IMG/VR virus record: IMGVR_UViG_3300021959_000041
Location: 1-59,822 of that record
DNA from: a virus
Lineage: Duplodnaviria > Caudoviricetes
Reading direction: 5' to 3' (one strand)
Length of the DNA stretch: 59,822 nucleotides
A program made the translations under genes and the position numbers. Below the pieces are notes generated by a model. It saw only the letters and a program-made list of their open reading frames with translations. It was not told where the DNA came from and did not search any database. Shown one piece after another: positions 16,484 to 27,604 of the stretch (positions are counted from its first letter, which is position 1; the number at the start of each line of letters is the position of its first letter).

Positions 16484-16720
16484 TTGATACTTATGTCTTA
16501 TAACATAGATGACATTGAAAAGATTCTAAACTTCACGAGCTGGAGTAATAAAAGGAAAATAGATACTCTTTTTGAAATTGACGCAGACCTTTATTGTAAT
16601 TTAGGCAGCGACTCTAATAAGACTGAAGTTGAAAAAGTAAAGAAACAGTCTCGTAAAATTTACAAGGCTATAAAAAGAATCGATGAGTACACAGGAAGGT
16701 TATTGTTAAGAGAACAGTAA
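16484..16720 (+). CDS. hypothetical protein
   Basis: ORF track. Confidence 0.75.
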   Translation: MILMSYNIDDIEKILNFTSWSNKRKIDTLFEIDADLYCNLGSDSNKTEVEKVKKQSRKIYKAIKRIDEYTGRLLLREQ

Positions 16721-16730
16721 ACCTTAAAAA

Positions 16731-16919
16731 ATGAATATAACACCGCTAGAACAAAAGCGTCTTCAAAACATTAACTTTATAATGGAAGATATTCATGACT
16801 CAGTAAATCAAATATACGAAACATTGGTAGACCAAGAGTATGATGAAACTCGTAAGTCTATACTGACTCTTAATAGTAAATTAAAAACTATTAACGAATC
16901 AATAAACGATGAGCTATAA
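16731..16919 (+). CDS. hypothetical protein
   Basis: ORF track. Confidence 0.7.
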   Translation: MNITPLEQKRLQNINFIMEDIHDSVNQIYETLVDQEYDETRKSILTLNSKLKTINESINDEL

Positions 16920-17625
16920 AGATTTCAGACCACGATTAAAAGGAGATAAAAAAATTGCATACGATAACCTAACTAAAAACGAGAGAAGGATTCTGGTTGT
17001 AGGAGATTTGCATGCACCATTTGAACTTGATGGATACTTAGATTTCTGTCAAGAAACTTACGCAAAGTATTTATGTAATCAAGTAATATTCATTGGAGAT
17101 ATTATAGATAACCATTACAGTTCTTATCACGAGACTTCCTCTGATGCACTTGGTGGTGCTGACGAGTTAGATTACGCTATACAAACTGTTAGTCATTGGA
17201 ACAGAGTTTTTCCAGAAGCTGATGTGATTATAGGAAACCACGACAGAATGGTGATGCGGAAAGCTCAGACCTCAGCCATACCAACTATGTGGATTAAATC
17301 TTACAACGAGGTGCTGGGAACTAAATGGAACTGGGTGGAAAGAGTAGTGTATGATGACGTACAGTACATACATGGTGAGGGTGGAACGGCTAGAACAAAA
17401 GCCAAGAATGATATGATGTCTACTGTTCAAGGACACATACACACGCAAGCCTACATCGAATGGATGGTAGGCAGGAACTTTAGAGTCTTTGGTATGCAGG
17501 TAGGCTGTGGTATAGATACTACATCATACGCAGCTGCTTACGCAAAGCATTTTAAAAAACAAGCTATTGGCTGTGGCGTAGTTCTAGGTGGACACACAGC
17601 TATTAATTGTCTTATGAATCTATAA
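16909..17625 (+). CDS. calcineurin-like metallophosphoesterase
   Basis: GDLH, GDIID, GNHD, HG and GHIH motifs. Confidence 0.9.
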   Translation: MSYKDFRPRLKGDKKIAYDNLTKNERRILVVGDLHAPFELDGYLDFCQETYAKYLCNQVIFIGDIIDNHYSSYHETSSDALGGADELDYAIQTVSHWNRVFPEADVIIGNHDRMVMRKAQTSAIPTMWIKSYNEVLGTKWNWVERVVYDDVQYIHGEGGTARTKAKNDMMSTVQGHIHTQAYIEWMVGRNFRVFGMQVGCGIDTTSYAAAYAKHFKKQAIGCGVVLGGHTAINCLMNL

Positions 17626-17711
17626 TGAATAAAAAACCTTTGATAGAGTTTGTGGTAGTGATAGTAATTAACTTACTTATCTTTTACTCTATCTTCCAAT
17701 TCGTCTTCTAG
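17625..17711 (+). CDS. 28-aa single-pass membrane peptide
   Basis: Read manually (MNKKPLIEFVVVIVINLLIFYSIFQFVF); TAATG coupling. Confidence 0.5.
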   Translation: MNKKPLIEFVVVIVINLLIFYSIFQFVF

Positions 17712-17865
17712 CTCTACGTTGAGTAAGTCTTCTACGAGTATTAGTTCTAGGGTGTAATCTATTTGGAAGAGAAGCTGAGTCAGAAGTTTCTTTTTCAAAC
17801 TCTTTAGCCATCTCCGGCTTATTAGCGTACATCCATCTACGTTGTGCTTTACTTTTAAATGGCAT
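17689..17865 (-). CDS. 58-aa Arg-rich protein (MPFKSKAQRRWMYANKPEMAKEFE...)
   Basis: Read manually; N-terminus familiar from phage small proteins; follows the giant ORF stop by 2 nt. Confidence 0.75.
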   Translation of the reverse strand: MPFKSKAQRRWMYANKPEMAKEFEKETSDSASLPNRLHPRTNTRRRLTQRRARRRIGR

Positions 17866-17867
17866 AA

Positions 17868-20800
17868 TTAATCTGTATCAAAATCTGTTTTTAAATCAAG
17901 GTCAAGGCTAGTATCTAAATCAATATCTAAACCTTTACTTTTTTTACCAGAAGAACCGAATTTTAATTTCTTAGCTTTTTTTTGTGGCCCACTAATAGCA
18001 TACTCACTAAAGTTAAATATTCTAAGCACGTCTTCACCTGCGCCATCAGTCTCACCATTGATAACTTTCTGTAAATTTTTAACCCACCTTTCTATTATGC
18101 TATATGGTAATCCATTCTTATTTATAAACTCAAACATTTCTTTATTTACCTCGTCATAATCCTCTTGAGTTTTAGCTTTACCAAGTTTATTTATAATTAC
18201 AGCTATATCAGTTGCTGTTTCAAAAACAGGAAAAGATGTTGTCTGTCTATACCATGGCTTATCTTGATAAGCATCAGCAAATTGCTGTATAACTAACCCC
18301 CAAACGAACAACCCATTTAAATTACCCATAAAAGCTGCCCTCATTAATGTATCATCATCATCATCTCTTCTGTCTCTAGCAAGTCCAGGGAATCCGAGAG
18401 ATGTATATGCAAATAAAACAGGCATAAAAGCATGATAAAATGCTAATTGAGATAATGCTTGAGCTATATTAGGAGCGTTTTTGTTTTTATCGCCTTTAGC
18501 AAATCTTTTTGCAGCTCTTGTCATTTGCCTCCATCCTGTAATCTCTCTTCTTAAATACTGCTTAGGCGTTGTCAAGAACATATTTATACCACGTGAAAAG
18601 GGGTCTCTGTTTTGATGAATGTCCCTATCCTGCAAATCGTAAGATTGTTGAGTAGACTTTACATCTTTTTCAAACTTTCTTATAGCATAATCTATCGCTT
18701 GTTGTTCGGTGGCGTTTGGATTTTCATTTTGATATTTAGCCTTATAAAAAGAATAGTTTGGAAGACCTCCTAATAATATTGCACTTCTATCAGCTACTTT
18801 AATGAACCCCATTAACAAATCTATAGCAAAGTTTTGAGTTGGTTTTGGAATAAAACTTTGAAATCTTTCTGGGTTATATGTTTCAATACTACGCAATATA
18901 CTTCGAGCTGCCCTATCTTTTAAATAAACAGAATTTTCTAAAACTTCATTATAAACTTGAAGTTGTTGAGTTTTATTTTTAACTGAATATTTAATCCAAT
19001 TAGCAGGTCCAACCTCTGGTTCTAAAGCAAACGTAGGAATAGAAGTAAGCTGTTTAATTGCTATTGCAGGTGAAAGCATTAGTCTTGATATTTGAAAAAC
19101 ATTATTAAAAAAGTTTAAAACATTAGCGCTTAACATATTAGTTTTAGACTTTCCTGCCATAGCTAAATTGTTAATCATGTTGTCTATTAAATTATAAAAT
19201 TCTTCACCATGAATACTTTCAATAATAATTTTTGCATCTTTGTTTGTGAACAATCGTGATATGGTCTGTAGATTTTCCGCATACGCATCAAAGTACTCCA
19301 TGTCTTGTGTATACTCCTGCATTGCATCTACTAGAGTGCTGTTTTTGATTTTGTCAGTGCTATTAACTCTTAGTTTTGTATAGTTTGAGCCTACCGTAGC
19401 ATTGTATTTACTAGCTCCTTGAAGTAAATGAAACTCTTCTGTTTTTTCGCCTTCTCTTCTAATAGGCCCTGCATAGTATTTGTTATAAGGCATATCAGTG
19501 TAATAAATTCTTTTATATGTTTCATTAAACCTTTGATGCATAATAGGATAAAACTCCTTGACCTGCCACTCACCAAATGCTCTAACTCTATCATCTAATT
19601 TTTCATTCATTTCTCGCATTACTCTTTGATAATCATCACCATACATGTTTTTAAATGTTGGGTGTAAAGCAGGGTCGTTATACTGAAAAACCATGTAACC
19701 TATTTGTTCTTGAGATAATATAATTTCATTTCTTGCAAGAACATCTCTTAATTCATTCTTAGTATCATCGTTTCTATTCTTATCATACTTTGCTTGTGCT
19801 GCCTCAACCTCCTTAATGTTTTTATAAAAAATATTATCAGTTTGATTTAATTCTCTTAAGGTGTATTGATAATTTTTTCCGTAATATTTTATTAAATTTT
19901 CTTCTAACAAGTAAGAAAAATCTAGCATTCTGCTTTTGTATTGCCTTGTTGATTCATTTACTTTATCAGTAACTATTTCTTGTAGTTGACCTCCAAACAC
20001 CACCCCAGGAAACTCGGCTAATTGGTCAATTAGACCTGTTAAATCTTGAGCAGCACCAAATCCCATAGTATTACTAAACCTCCTCATCATTTTTTTAAAT
20101 TTGGTAATTAAATTACCATTTACTCTTTCCTTTTCTGCTATACCTTCTCTGGTTTCTGAAACAGTTTCTACTTCTTTTTTAAAATTTTCTTCATCTGGAT
20201 TTAATTCTTGCTTTGTTGTTTCTTTAATAAGTATAGATAGGTTTTGCATATACTGTTTATGCTTCTCTTGTAGTATGCCTGCCTGTATGTCTCTACCTCT
20301 TACTACTATGTTTTCCAGTTGTGCGTATGCTCTTGTTAAGTTTTCAAGTCTTGAGATATCAGTAGGGTCTTGTAGCATCGCCTCATTATAATTCAGTGCG
20401 GTTGTAATGTCAGCAATCCTCATTAAAGTTTCTGGGGTCAGCTCTTGGTTTTCTGTATCATTATTGCTTTCTAATAAACTTTCTAATTCAGCTCTTAATT
20501 TATCCTGTGTCTTCTCTATAACTTCAACATCAGTACTTGTTACTAGTAAAGATGCAATGGTTTTTAATCTCTTTTTTGTATCAACATCTATCTTAACTCC
20601 TTTAGGTTTTCCAGAAACAACAACCTCATATTTACCATTCAATAATTTTTTAATTCTACTAAGTACGTTTTTATTGTTAAGCTTAGTTACAATTCCTTCT
20701 ATCTCATCTACAATGTTTTCTAAGTTGTTCCCTTTTAAATCTACTGTGCTTAGGTCCTGAATTTCTCTAACTATATCTATTACCTCTGATTTAGTAAACA

Positions 20801-23800
20801 AAGACTTAGGAAGATTTCTTCTTAATAAATTAATAAGTATCTGCTGTTGGCTTTTAACAGTTGTAGCCCCTTTCTTTTTATCTCTAAGACTTTGTCTAGC
20901 TTTTACTATTTGTGCTGTAACTGTTTGAGATGGTCTTGCTTCGAGTATACTTGTAAGGTCACTAAGCATTTGTGCTTGTAAGGAAGACAAACCTTTTTTA
21001 GTTTTGGTCTCCCCTTTTACTTTATAAGTTTCAGCTAAAGCTTTGAACTGCGGCCTTTCCATTAAATAATTAATAACTGAATCTGCTTCAGCAGTTTTAC
21101 TTAAAGGTTTTTTCTTGTTAGCTTTTCTTTGTTTTAAAATAAAAGTTTCTAATTGTAAAAATAGTTTTGTTCCAGCAGCATCTCCAATCTTTTTAAAACT
21201 ATCAGGCACTCCTCCTAATGTCAGAGACTGGATGTTTAATATATCTTTAATCTTTGTTTCAGAAAGTTTGTATTGTCTTCTTAATGTATCTACTATTAAT
21301 TCTTCTCTTACCTTTCTATCTCTTAACTGGCTAGCAATGTCTACATAAAAGTCATCACTTCTTTGTGCTCTTCCTGTTATATATGGGTTTATAAACTTAC
21401 CGTTTTTAGTTAGATAAAGCGAACCGCTTCTAGCTCTTGCCACTCCATACCCTAGTTCTTCTGCAGCCTTTCTAAATTGAAACTCATCTACCATTGGATT
21501 AGCAAATCCTGCTGTATCTACATTATAAAACTGTGCAACCTCTTGTATTGTTTTCTCTCTTTGCTCTCTAGGTGTAATTTTTTCTGGAATTTTACCTACA
21601 AACTGTCCACCCATTGCAGATTTCGCAGCAAATCTTTTTGGTCTTTTACCAATAGGAACAGGTGATGCGTCTTTACCTTTGCCCACTGCTTTTGGGAACA
21701 CAGACCTTACATCGACTGCTTTATTAAATACCATCAAAGGCTTACCTGATATAGTAAACGGATAGGATGGATGATAATTTGGGTCACCCTCTCTCACCTC
21801 TACTATGTCAGAATTTTTATCAAACTGTATAGCAGAAACAATATCACCAAATTCTGTTTCTGTCAGGTTAGGGTCATTAACATAATCAAGTACCCCTATA
21901 TCGCTTTTAGCTGTAGGCTTTAATGGTGGTATTCCAAAATCTTGGAATGAGGTGGCAGAAAAAAACTTTTCTGTAAATAATCTTCTTTCTCCATAACTTA
22001 ATTTTTTATTACTACCTATAGTTTCAATAGGCATTAATGTATTAAGTTGTTCTAAATTTGTTATTTGTAAAGGCTTTCCTTTTCCTTTTAAAACTTTTTG
22101 AAGAGCGTCATTGCTTAATATTTTATTTACATAATTTAAAAGCTCATTAGGATTTGCACCTTTATTAATTGCATGGGCTATTTCAGCGTTTAAATATTGA
22201 TAAAAATTTCTACTTCCTGTTATTCCAGTATCACCTTGTATCATCACTAATCCAACACCATCGCTTTCTTTTACTTTGTTTAAAACTTTTTGAGCATTAC
22301 TTTTATCTGTAAATGCCCATCCTTTTCCTGAGCCATACGGATATAAATAGCCTCCATAAAAATTAAACTCTAACCCGCTAGGGCTTTTAATTAATCCATA
22401 GGTTGCTTTATCTGCTGCATACACAAACGCAGTTGCTCCGCTTAGTTCGTTAATACTTCCGTATTTAATAGAACTCATATCTATACCACCCCTGTTTAGC
22501 TGATAAGAAGTTTTTTGTTCTCTTCCTATTGTTCTATCAGACTCTTTAATGTTTGATGGGATTTTCCCTTCTGCATTTGGTATTAATGTTCCTGGTTCTA
22601 ATATTTCTATATCAGTCTCTGTTATAGCTTCACCAGTTGCAACCTTGCCAGCTAATGTGTTAAATAAATCTACTACATCAGAGTCTTGCTGTGTGAACTC
22701 AGAGAAGTTTATATTTAAACCAATCTTATTGGCAAGCTCTTGTAGGAATTTAATTATTTTGTTTTTCTGCGGCTTAGTAAGTGTTGCATACTCTGAAGAC
22801 ATAATACCCATAAGCTCAGCTAACCTTTCTTCATTCTGTAGTTCAGGGGTATTATCATATTTTGCAGCAAACTCATCTATTCTTCTAGCAAGAGGACTGT
22901 TTTTAGGTAATGCTTTTCTAACTGACCTCATCATGTTCTCAGCTAGCTTAGCTGCTTCAGCATTTGTTTTAATTTTACTCAGTAAAGTTGCATGAAATAT
23001 TTCGTGGGGCACTGTTGTTGCAACAGCTTTATTTAAATCAACATGTATAACATTCTCATTAGTGTCATAAAAACCTCTGTTGCCTGCTGGAGCAAATCTT
23101 TCAAACTCAACTGTACTCTCGTGTAATATTATTTTAGTTTCAGGGAAAAGTTTTTGTATAGCTTGTGCTCCTGTCTTAGCTAAACCTTTCACTACATTAC
23201 GAAGTGTTACTTGGTTTGGTTTTAAATTTTCTGGTTGCTCGTTAGTGTTAATAATTAAATTATCAGAAATCTCTTCAACATTTTTAGTTTTCTTTTTACC
23301 AAAGAAAGTTTCTGTAGCACTCTCTTTTGTTTCTTGTACTGGTGGCGCTGCTGATTCAGCTTGCTCTACCACTTCAGTAATATCTTTAGACTCTTGTTGT
23401 GTTGCACCTTCAACCTGTGTATCAGTTGTAGTTTCTTTTACCTGTGCTAACCTTTCATTAATCTGTTGAATTTCAAGTAAATCTTGTTTAACTGAGCCAA
23501 GGTTTTGGTCTATTGGAGGTGCGGTTCTATCTTCAAGAACTTTCTTTCTAATTTTTAAATCCATAGCCTCAGCAAAAGCTGGGTTGTCAATACCTCCTGG
23601 CAATTCATTTGCTAACCCTATTGCTAACTCATAGTCTGCTTTGATTTGTTTACCCTGCTCTGCAGTAATCTCTCCACCATTTATATCCATTTTAATTTTG
23701 TTAGTCAATGCTTTCTGAGATATAGTAGGGTTGTTTTTTATCTCTCTGAATATTTGTATCTGTTGCTCTGTAAGATTTGCAAACTTGTTTTCATTGACAG

Positions 23801-25976
23801 CTGCTGATACTGCTGGCATTGTACCAAGTACTAAACCTCCTACAGCTTCTTGCGCTGCAGAGTATGCTACTTGTCCTATAATTTCTGTAAAACCTTTAGG
23901 AGTTGAGAATAACTCTTTATCTTTTATTTGATTATATAATTTCTTACTATATATATCACTAAATTCTTGCGCTGCACCAGTTTCAGCTTCAGCTAATGTA
24001 GCTCCACCTAGCACTAACCCACCTCTTGTAGCCGCATCTTTTACTTCTCGGTCTACAAACTCTTTAAAAGTTTGACTTCCACCACTTTTAGGCATTTTAC
24101 GCATAACTTTAGTTAATATGTTAGCTACCAATCCACCCTTATCCAACACATTTCTGAAACCATAATTTTCTAATGTAGCCGCAATAAAAGCTACTGGCAT
24201 TTTAAATACAGCTTTTTCATTTTCACTTATACCTGCAAACTCTGGATTGTTCATCATCTCTTCGTCAAGTTTACCAGAGGTAAGTAAAAATAAACTTGCA
24301 AGTCTTGCTGGCCCAAGAGCTAAAGAAGGTATAGATTCTGCAAGTCCTGCTAACGCACCAATCCAAAAGTTTTCTTGTTGCACTGCAGCGTATTGTTCGG
24401 TTATAGATTTACCAGCCACCTCTTCAAGCAAGTCTTCTCTTATCATAGTTACAACACCCCCTTCTCTTTTTCCGTCCACCATCTTACCGTACTTTAAATC
24501 TTTAGCATATACATCTCTAACCTCGTCTACTAATTTGTCGTAATCAGTTAATTGAATAGTTGTTCCAGGTGCGCCTACTCCTGCAGCGATTGTTTTAGTT
24601 CCAGCATCACCTCTATAAAAGTTTTTTAATTCATCTATTGTTATGCCTTCTACATCTTCATCTAATGGAATCGGTAAACCTTGTTGTTCTGCAGCTTTTA
24701 TTATTTCATTTTTATATCTTTCCTCTCCCATCTGTTTTTGCAAATCAATAGGCAATAAATTTACTCCTGATTGAATACCATAACCAACTAATTCAGCAAT
24801 AGGCCCAAGGACACCACTAGCTCCTTTATATTTCATTAAAAGACCGAAGCTACCTTGTTGTTCTTGCATGTCATAATACTTTCCAACCGCTTCATTAAGT
24901 TGAGTTTGTCTTGCTTTCAGATTTTTTTCTTCTTCTAAAAGTTTTGCGCCTGCAGCATTGTGTATTGCTATTCTGTTATTTAAATCATTTACTTGTTCTG
25001 GAGTCATAGACTCAATGTCATTGATTTCCTGTTCAAACTTCAAAGAGTTAGCTGAATAAAGTTGAGCTCCTTTATTAAAACGGTCTTCTCTTTTAGAAAA
25101 AGCAGACATCGAATCATCCATAGCTTTATCATTCCTAAATTTAATTTCGTTTGCTTCATAACCTACAACAGTTTTAGCCAAAGCTTGACTTGCCTCTTTG
25201 TTTTTTTCTATAAACTCAAGTAATTGTAAAGCACGCTTCTCTTCATTTTGTCCTATCCCTATATTAACTCTTTGTTTCTCTCCGTTTTTTGCAGTGACTT
25301 TTATTTTTTGTCCAAGTATATCTGCTTCTTCAAATTTAAATCCTTGGTCACCATATAAATAATTTAGTTTTGGAACAACAAAACTTTCACTTCTATCTAA
25401 AAGTTCTACCATGTCTTTGTACTCAGGAGAAGATGTGTTCACTCTTGACAACTCCATATCTGTAGAAACTATTTCTCCTTCTCTTTTTTTCTGTTCCTCT
25501 ATGTTTGTGTTATCAAAACCTTCAACAGGTTTTATAAGAGCATCTCTTTGCTCTTTTAAAGCTTCTAGCTCTATCATTGCAGGGGTTTCTTCTGCAGGTT
25601 TACCTAGAGGATACAATTTTTCTTCTTGTTCAGATAAAGGAGTTTCAGCTTCTGTTTGAATTTGTTTTTCAAGGTCAGCTATTTGAATAGAAAGGGTATC
25701 TATTTTACGACCAGTTTGTAGCTCTTGGTCTTCTGATAAATCCGAACCACCATCTCCCGAAGGAGAATCCATAGGTTCGTCTTCGATTTTTTTTTTTGAA
25801 GAATACTGATTGTTAAAAGTTTCTTTGTCTTTTGAATAGAGCTTTCTATCGGTGACCACATTGTAAACTTTATCTACATATTCAGGGTCAGAAAACTGCT
25901 CTTCAAATTCTTCTAAAGATTTTGAATAAAGTTTCTTATCTATTAATACGTTATATAATTTTTCAATTTCTTCCAT
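17868..25976 (-). CDS. giant internal virion/ejection protein with a zincin-like HExxH domain, 2702 aa
   Basis: Last and largest of three genes after the tail genes; RGFYD...VIHVDL...VPHEIFH...EERLAE. Confidence 0.7.
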   Translation of the reverse strand: MEEIEKLYNVLIDKKLYSKSLEEFEEQFSDPEYVDKVYNVVTDRKLYSKDKETFNNQYSSKKKIEDEPMDSPSGDGGSDLSEDQELQTGRKIDTLSIQIADLEKQIQTEAETPLSEQEEKLYPLGKPAEETPAMIELEALKEQRDALIKPVEGFDNTNIEEQKKREGEIVSTDMELSRVNTSSPEYKDMVELLDRSESFVVPKLNYLYGDQGFKFEEADILGQKIKVTAKNGEKQRVNIGIGQNEEKRALQLLEFIEKNKEASQALAKTVVGYEANEIKFRNDKAMDDSMSAFSKREDRFNKGAQLYSANSLKFEQEINDIESMTPEQVNDLNNRIAIHNAAGAKLLEEEKNLKARQTQLNEAVGKYYDMQEQQGSFGLLMKYKGASGVLGPIAELVGYGIQSGVNLLPIDLQKQMGEERYKNEIIKAAEQQGLPIPLDEDVEGITIDELKNFYRGDAGTKTIAAGVGAPGTTIQLTDYDKLVDEVRDVYAKDLKYGKMVDGKREGGVVTMIREDLLEEVAGKSITEQYAAVQQENFWIGALAGLAESIPSLALGPARLASLFLLTSGKLDEEMMNNPEFAGISENEKAVFKMPVAFIAATLENYGFRNVLDKGGLVANILTKVMRKMPKSGGSQTFKEFVDREVKDAATRGGLVLGGATLAEAETGAAQEFSDIYSKKLYNQIKDKELFSTPKGFTEIIGQVAYSAAQEAVGGLVLGTMPAVSAAVNENKFANLTEQQIQIFREIKNNPTISQKALTNKIKMDINGGEITAEQGKQIKADYELAIGLANELPGGIDNPAFAEAMDLKIRKKVLEDRTAPPIDQNLGSVKQDLLEIQQINERLAQVKETTTDTQVEGATQQESKDITEVVEQAESAAPPVQETKESATETFFGKKKTKNVEEISDNLIINTNEQPENLKPNQVTLRNVVKGLAKTGAQAIQKLFPETKIILHESTVEFERFAPAGNRGFYDTNENVIHVDLNKAVATTVPHEIFHATLLSKIKTNAEAAKLAENMMRSVRKALPKNSPLARRIDEFAAKYDNTPELQNEERLAELMGIMSSEYATLTKPQKNKIIKFLQELANKIGLNINFSEFTQQDSDVVDLFNTLAGKVATGEAITETDIEILEPGTLIPNAEGKIPSNIKESDRTIGREQKTSYQLNRGGIDMSSIKYGSINELSGATAFVYAADKATYGLIKSPSGLEFNFYGGYLYPYGSGKGWAFTDKSNAQKVLNKVKESDGVGLVMIQGDTGITGSRNFYQYLNAEIAHAINKGANPNELLNYVNKILSNDALQKVLKGKGKPLQITNLEQLNTLMPIETIGSNKKLSYGERRLFTEKFFSATSFQDFGIPPLKPTAKSDIGVLDYVNDPNLTETEFGDIVSAIQFDKNSDIVEVREGDPNYHPSYPFTISGKPLMVFNKAVDVRSVFPKAVGKGKDASPVPIGKRPKRFAAKSAMGGQFVGKIPEKITPREQREKTIQEVAQFYNVDTAGFANPMVDEFQFRKAAEELGYGVARARSGSLYLTKNGKFINPYITGRAQRSDDFYVDIASQLRDRKVREELIVDTLRRQYKLSETKIKDILNIQSLTLGGVPDSFKKIGDAAGTKLFLQLETFILKQRKANKKKPLSKTAEADSVINYLMERPQFKALAETYKVKGETKTKKGLSSLQAQMLSDLTSILEARPSQTVTAQIVKARQSLRDKKKGATTVKSQQQILINLLRRNLPKSLFTKSEVIDIVREIQDLSTVDLKGNNLENIVDEIEGIVTKLNNKNVLSRIKKLLNGKYEVVVSGKPKGVKIDVDTKKRLKTIASLLVTSTDVEVIEKTQDKLRAELESLLESNNDTENQELTPETLMRIADITTALNYNEAMLQDPTDISRLENLTRAYAQLENIVVRGRDIQAGILQEKHKQYMQNLSILIKETTKQELNPDEENFKKEVETVSETREGIAEKERVNGNLITKFKKMMRRFSNTMGFGAAQDLTGLIDQLAEFPGVVFGGQLQEIVTDKVNESTRQYKSRMLDFSYLLEENLIKYYGKNYQYTLRELNQTDNIFYKNIKEVEAAQAKYDKNRNDDTKNELRDVLARNEIILSQEQIGYMVFQYNDPALHPTFKNMYGDDYQRVMREMNEKLDDRVRAFGEWQVKEFYPIMHQRFNETYKRIYYTDMPYNKYYAGPIRREGEKTEEFHLLQGASKYNATVGSNYTKLRVNSTDKIKNSTLVDAMQEYTQDMEYFDAYAENLQTISRLFTNKDAKIIIESIHGEEFYNLIDNMINNLAMAGKSKTNMLSANVLNFFNNVFQISRLMLSPAIAIKQLTSIPTFALEPEVGPANWIKYSVKNKTQQLQVYNEVLENSVYLKDRAARSILRSIETYNPERFQSFIPKPTQNFAIDLLMGFIKVADRSAILLGGLPNYSFYKAKYQNENPNATEQQAIDYAIRKFEKDVKSTQQSYDLQDRDIHQNRDPFSRGINMFLTTPKQYLRREITGWRQMTRAAKRFAKGDKNKNAPNIAQALSQLAFYHAFMPVLFAYTSLGFPGLARDRRDDDDDTLMRAAFMGNLNGLFVWGLVIQQFADAYQDKPWYRQTTSFPVFETATDIAVIINKLGKAKTQEDYDEVNKEMFEFINKNGLPYSIIERWVKNLQKVINGETDGAGEDVLRIFNFSEYAISGPQKKAKKLKFGSSGKKSKGLDIDLDTSLDLDLKTDFDTD

Positions 25977-25977
25977 A

Positions 25978-27600
25978 TTAATCTGTTGGGTCTAATATAT
26001 ATGTTGGGGGAACATCGCCTTCGTATGTATACTCTGGGTTGCTTCTTCTAAATATAGAATAAATCATATCTTCACTTCCAGCTATCAATGCTGTCTTTAA
26101 CAACTCCATTCTTTCTTTCGTTACTTCTGTGCTTAAATTTAATACAGCAGTGTTGCCATCATAAATAATTAGATTACCCAAATCATCTTTTTGCATATTT
26201 AAACCAAGGGGTGTAACTAATGTTTCAATTTCAGCATCAGTATATACATCACCATCCGCAGGATTTACCAATCCTCCTTCAACTGTAAATAAATTCTCTT
26301 TTAAATAAGCTTTTGCCTCATCTATTTTAATAGCATCCCTCAAAGCTTTTTCTCTTTCCTGTTGTTCTTTCAATTCAGTAGCAGATATTTTTACAGGAAC
26401 ATCTGTAAACATTCCACTACCTAATGCAGATGACAATGCTTCAAAATCTACATTACCTTTAGCACCAGCTAATAAGAGACCTAGTGTTTCTTTATTTATT
26501 ACTTGTCCACTTCTCTGTGCTATTAAAGTTAAGTCTAATATTGTTTTTATATTATCATCAAAATTATTTGTAACTGTTGGTTCAACTTTCGTATAATCAG
26601 CAGCACCCTTAAGCATCTCCTCTGCATTTTTTAATATAACTTCTTTAGCTTTATCACTTTCATAAAATCTACCAGACTTGTCTTGGTAAAATATGTAAGG
26701 GTTTTTATCTTGTAACTCTTTTAATTTTTCTTCTGTTAATATACCACCGATTTCATAGTATTCCATAGGCACTGAAGCATACTCAAAGTTAACAGTGTCT
26801 TCGCCATCTTTTATTGTATTCGCCATAGCAAACCCTCTTAATGCTGTTGGCTGAGATAGCATTGCTTCTGATGCATTTGTTAAAGCTTCTTTGCCTTCAT
26901 TAGTTGAAATAAATCTTCCAACTTCTTGTTTACCACTAGCAGTAGTTATGTCCTGTACTCCTGTTAAATTTTTAAGAGTTGATGTTATTGCACCCGCAGT
27001 ATCATACTGACCTTGAAACTTCATATTAACACCATTAAAGTATTGATTTATTGACATAATATCATATCCACCCTTGAGTCCTTCACCTACCTTAATTAAA
27101 TTTGCTTGATATGACTCTGGGTCAAAAGCTATACTTACATTACCTAAATCAGAAAACTCTTGTAGCTGGCTAAGTTTAAATAAGTCTTCATCACTTAATT
27201 CGCCCGCTGATTTTTTTTCTTCTATGTCATTAATCATTGTTGCGTACTTAGTCATAGAATCTACAGTCATAGAAACCTGAGAGTTTAAGTTAGCCATAAG
27301 GATATCATAAGTTCTCTTATCTATATCTCCGTTATTAAATTGTTGATTTACTTTAGATGCAGATTGCATTGCAGCTTGAGATGTGTCCCCAAAAAATCTA
27401 TTGTATTCCTGGTTAAAACTTGTAGGCATTTTACCTAAAAGCTCTGCAAACTCACGGCTGGTTGTTGCTACACCTGCAGCATCATCAGCTTTCTTTTGCT
27501 CGTATGCTTTTAAATCGTCACTAAGACTCTTAGTAACTGTAGCCATATCTATGCCTAAAGCATCCCCTGGTCTTAATCTTTCGTATCCGTAATATGACAT
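25978..27600 (-). CDS. putative internal virion/ejection protein, 540 aa
   Basis: Position and helical composition. Confidence 0.55.
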   Translation of the reverse strand: MSYYGYERLRPGDALGIDMATVTKSLSDDLKAYEQKKADDAAGVATTSREFAELLGKMPTSFNQEYNRFFGDTSQAAMQSASKVNQQFNNGDIDKRTYDILMANLNSQVSMTVDSMTKYATMINDIEEKKSAGELSDEDLFKLSQLQEFSDLGNVSIAFDPESYQANLIKVGEGLKGGYDIMSINQYFNGVNMKFQGQYDTAGAITSTLKNLTGVQDITTASGKQEVGRFISTNEGKEALTNASEAMLSQPTALRGFAMANTIKDGEDTVNFEYASVPMEYYEIGGILTEEKLKELQDKNPYIFYQDKSGRFYESDKAKEVILKNAEEMLKGAADYTKVEPTVTNNFDDNIKTILDLTLIAQRSGQVINKETLGLLLAGAKGNVDFEALSSALGSGMFTDVPVKISATELKEQQEREKALRDAIKIDEAKAYLKENLFTVEGGLVNPADGDVYTDAEIETLVTPLGLNMQKDDLGNLIIYDGNTAVLNLSTEVTKERMELLKTALIAGSEDMIYSIFRRSNPEYTYEGDVPPTYILDPTD

Positions 27601-27604
27601 AAAA

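Noticed and set aside
17868-17890. DFDTD at the end of the giant protein as an RNA polymerase DxDxD motif
   Set aside because: It is the extreme C-terminus in a low-complexity Asp/Leu tail with no surrounding polymerase context
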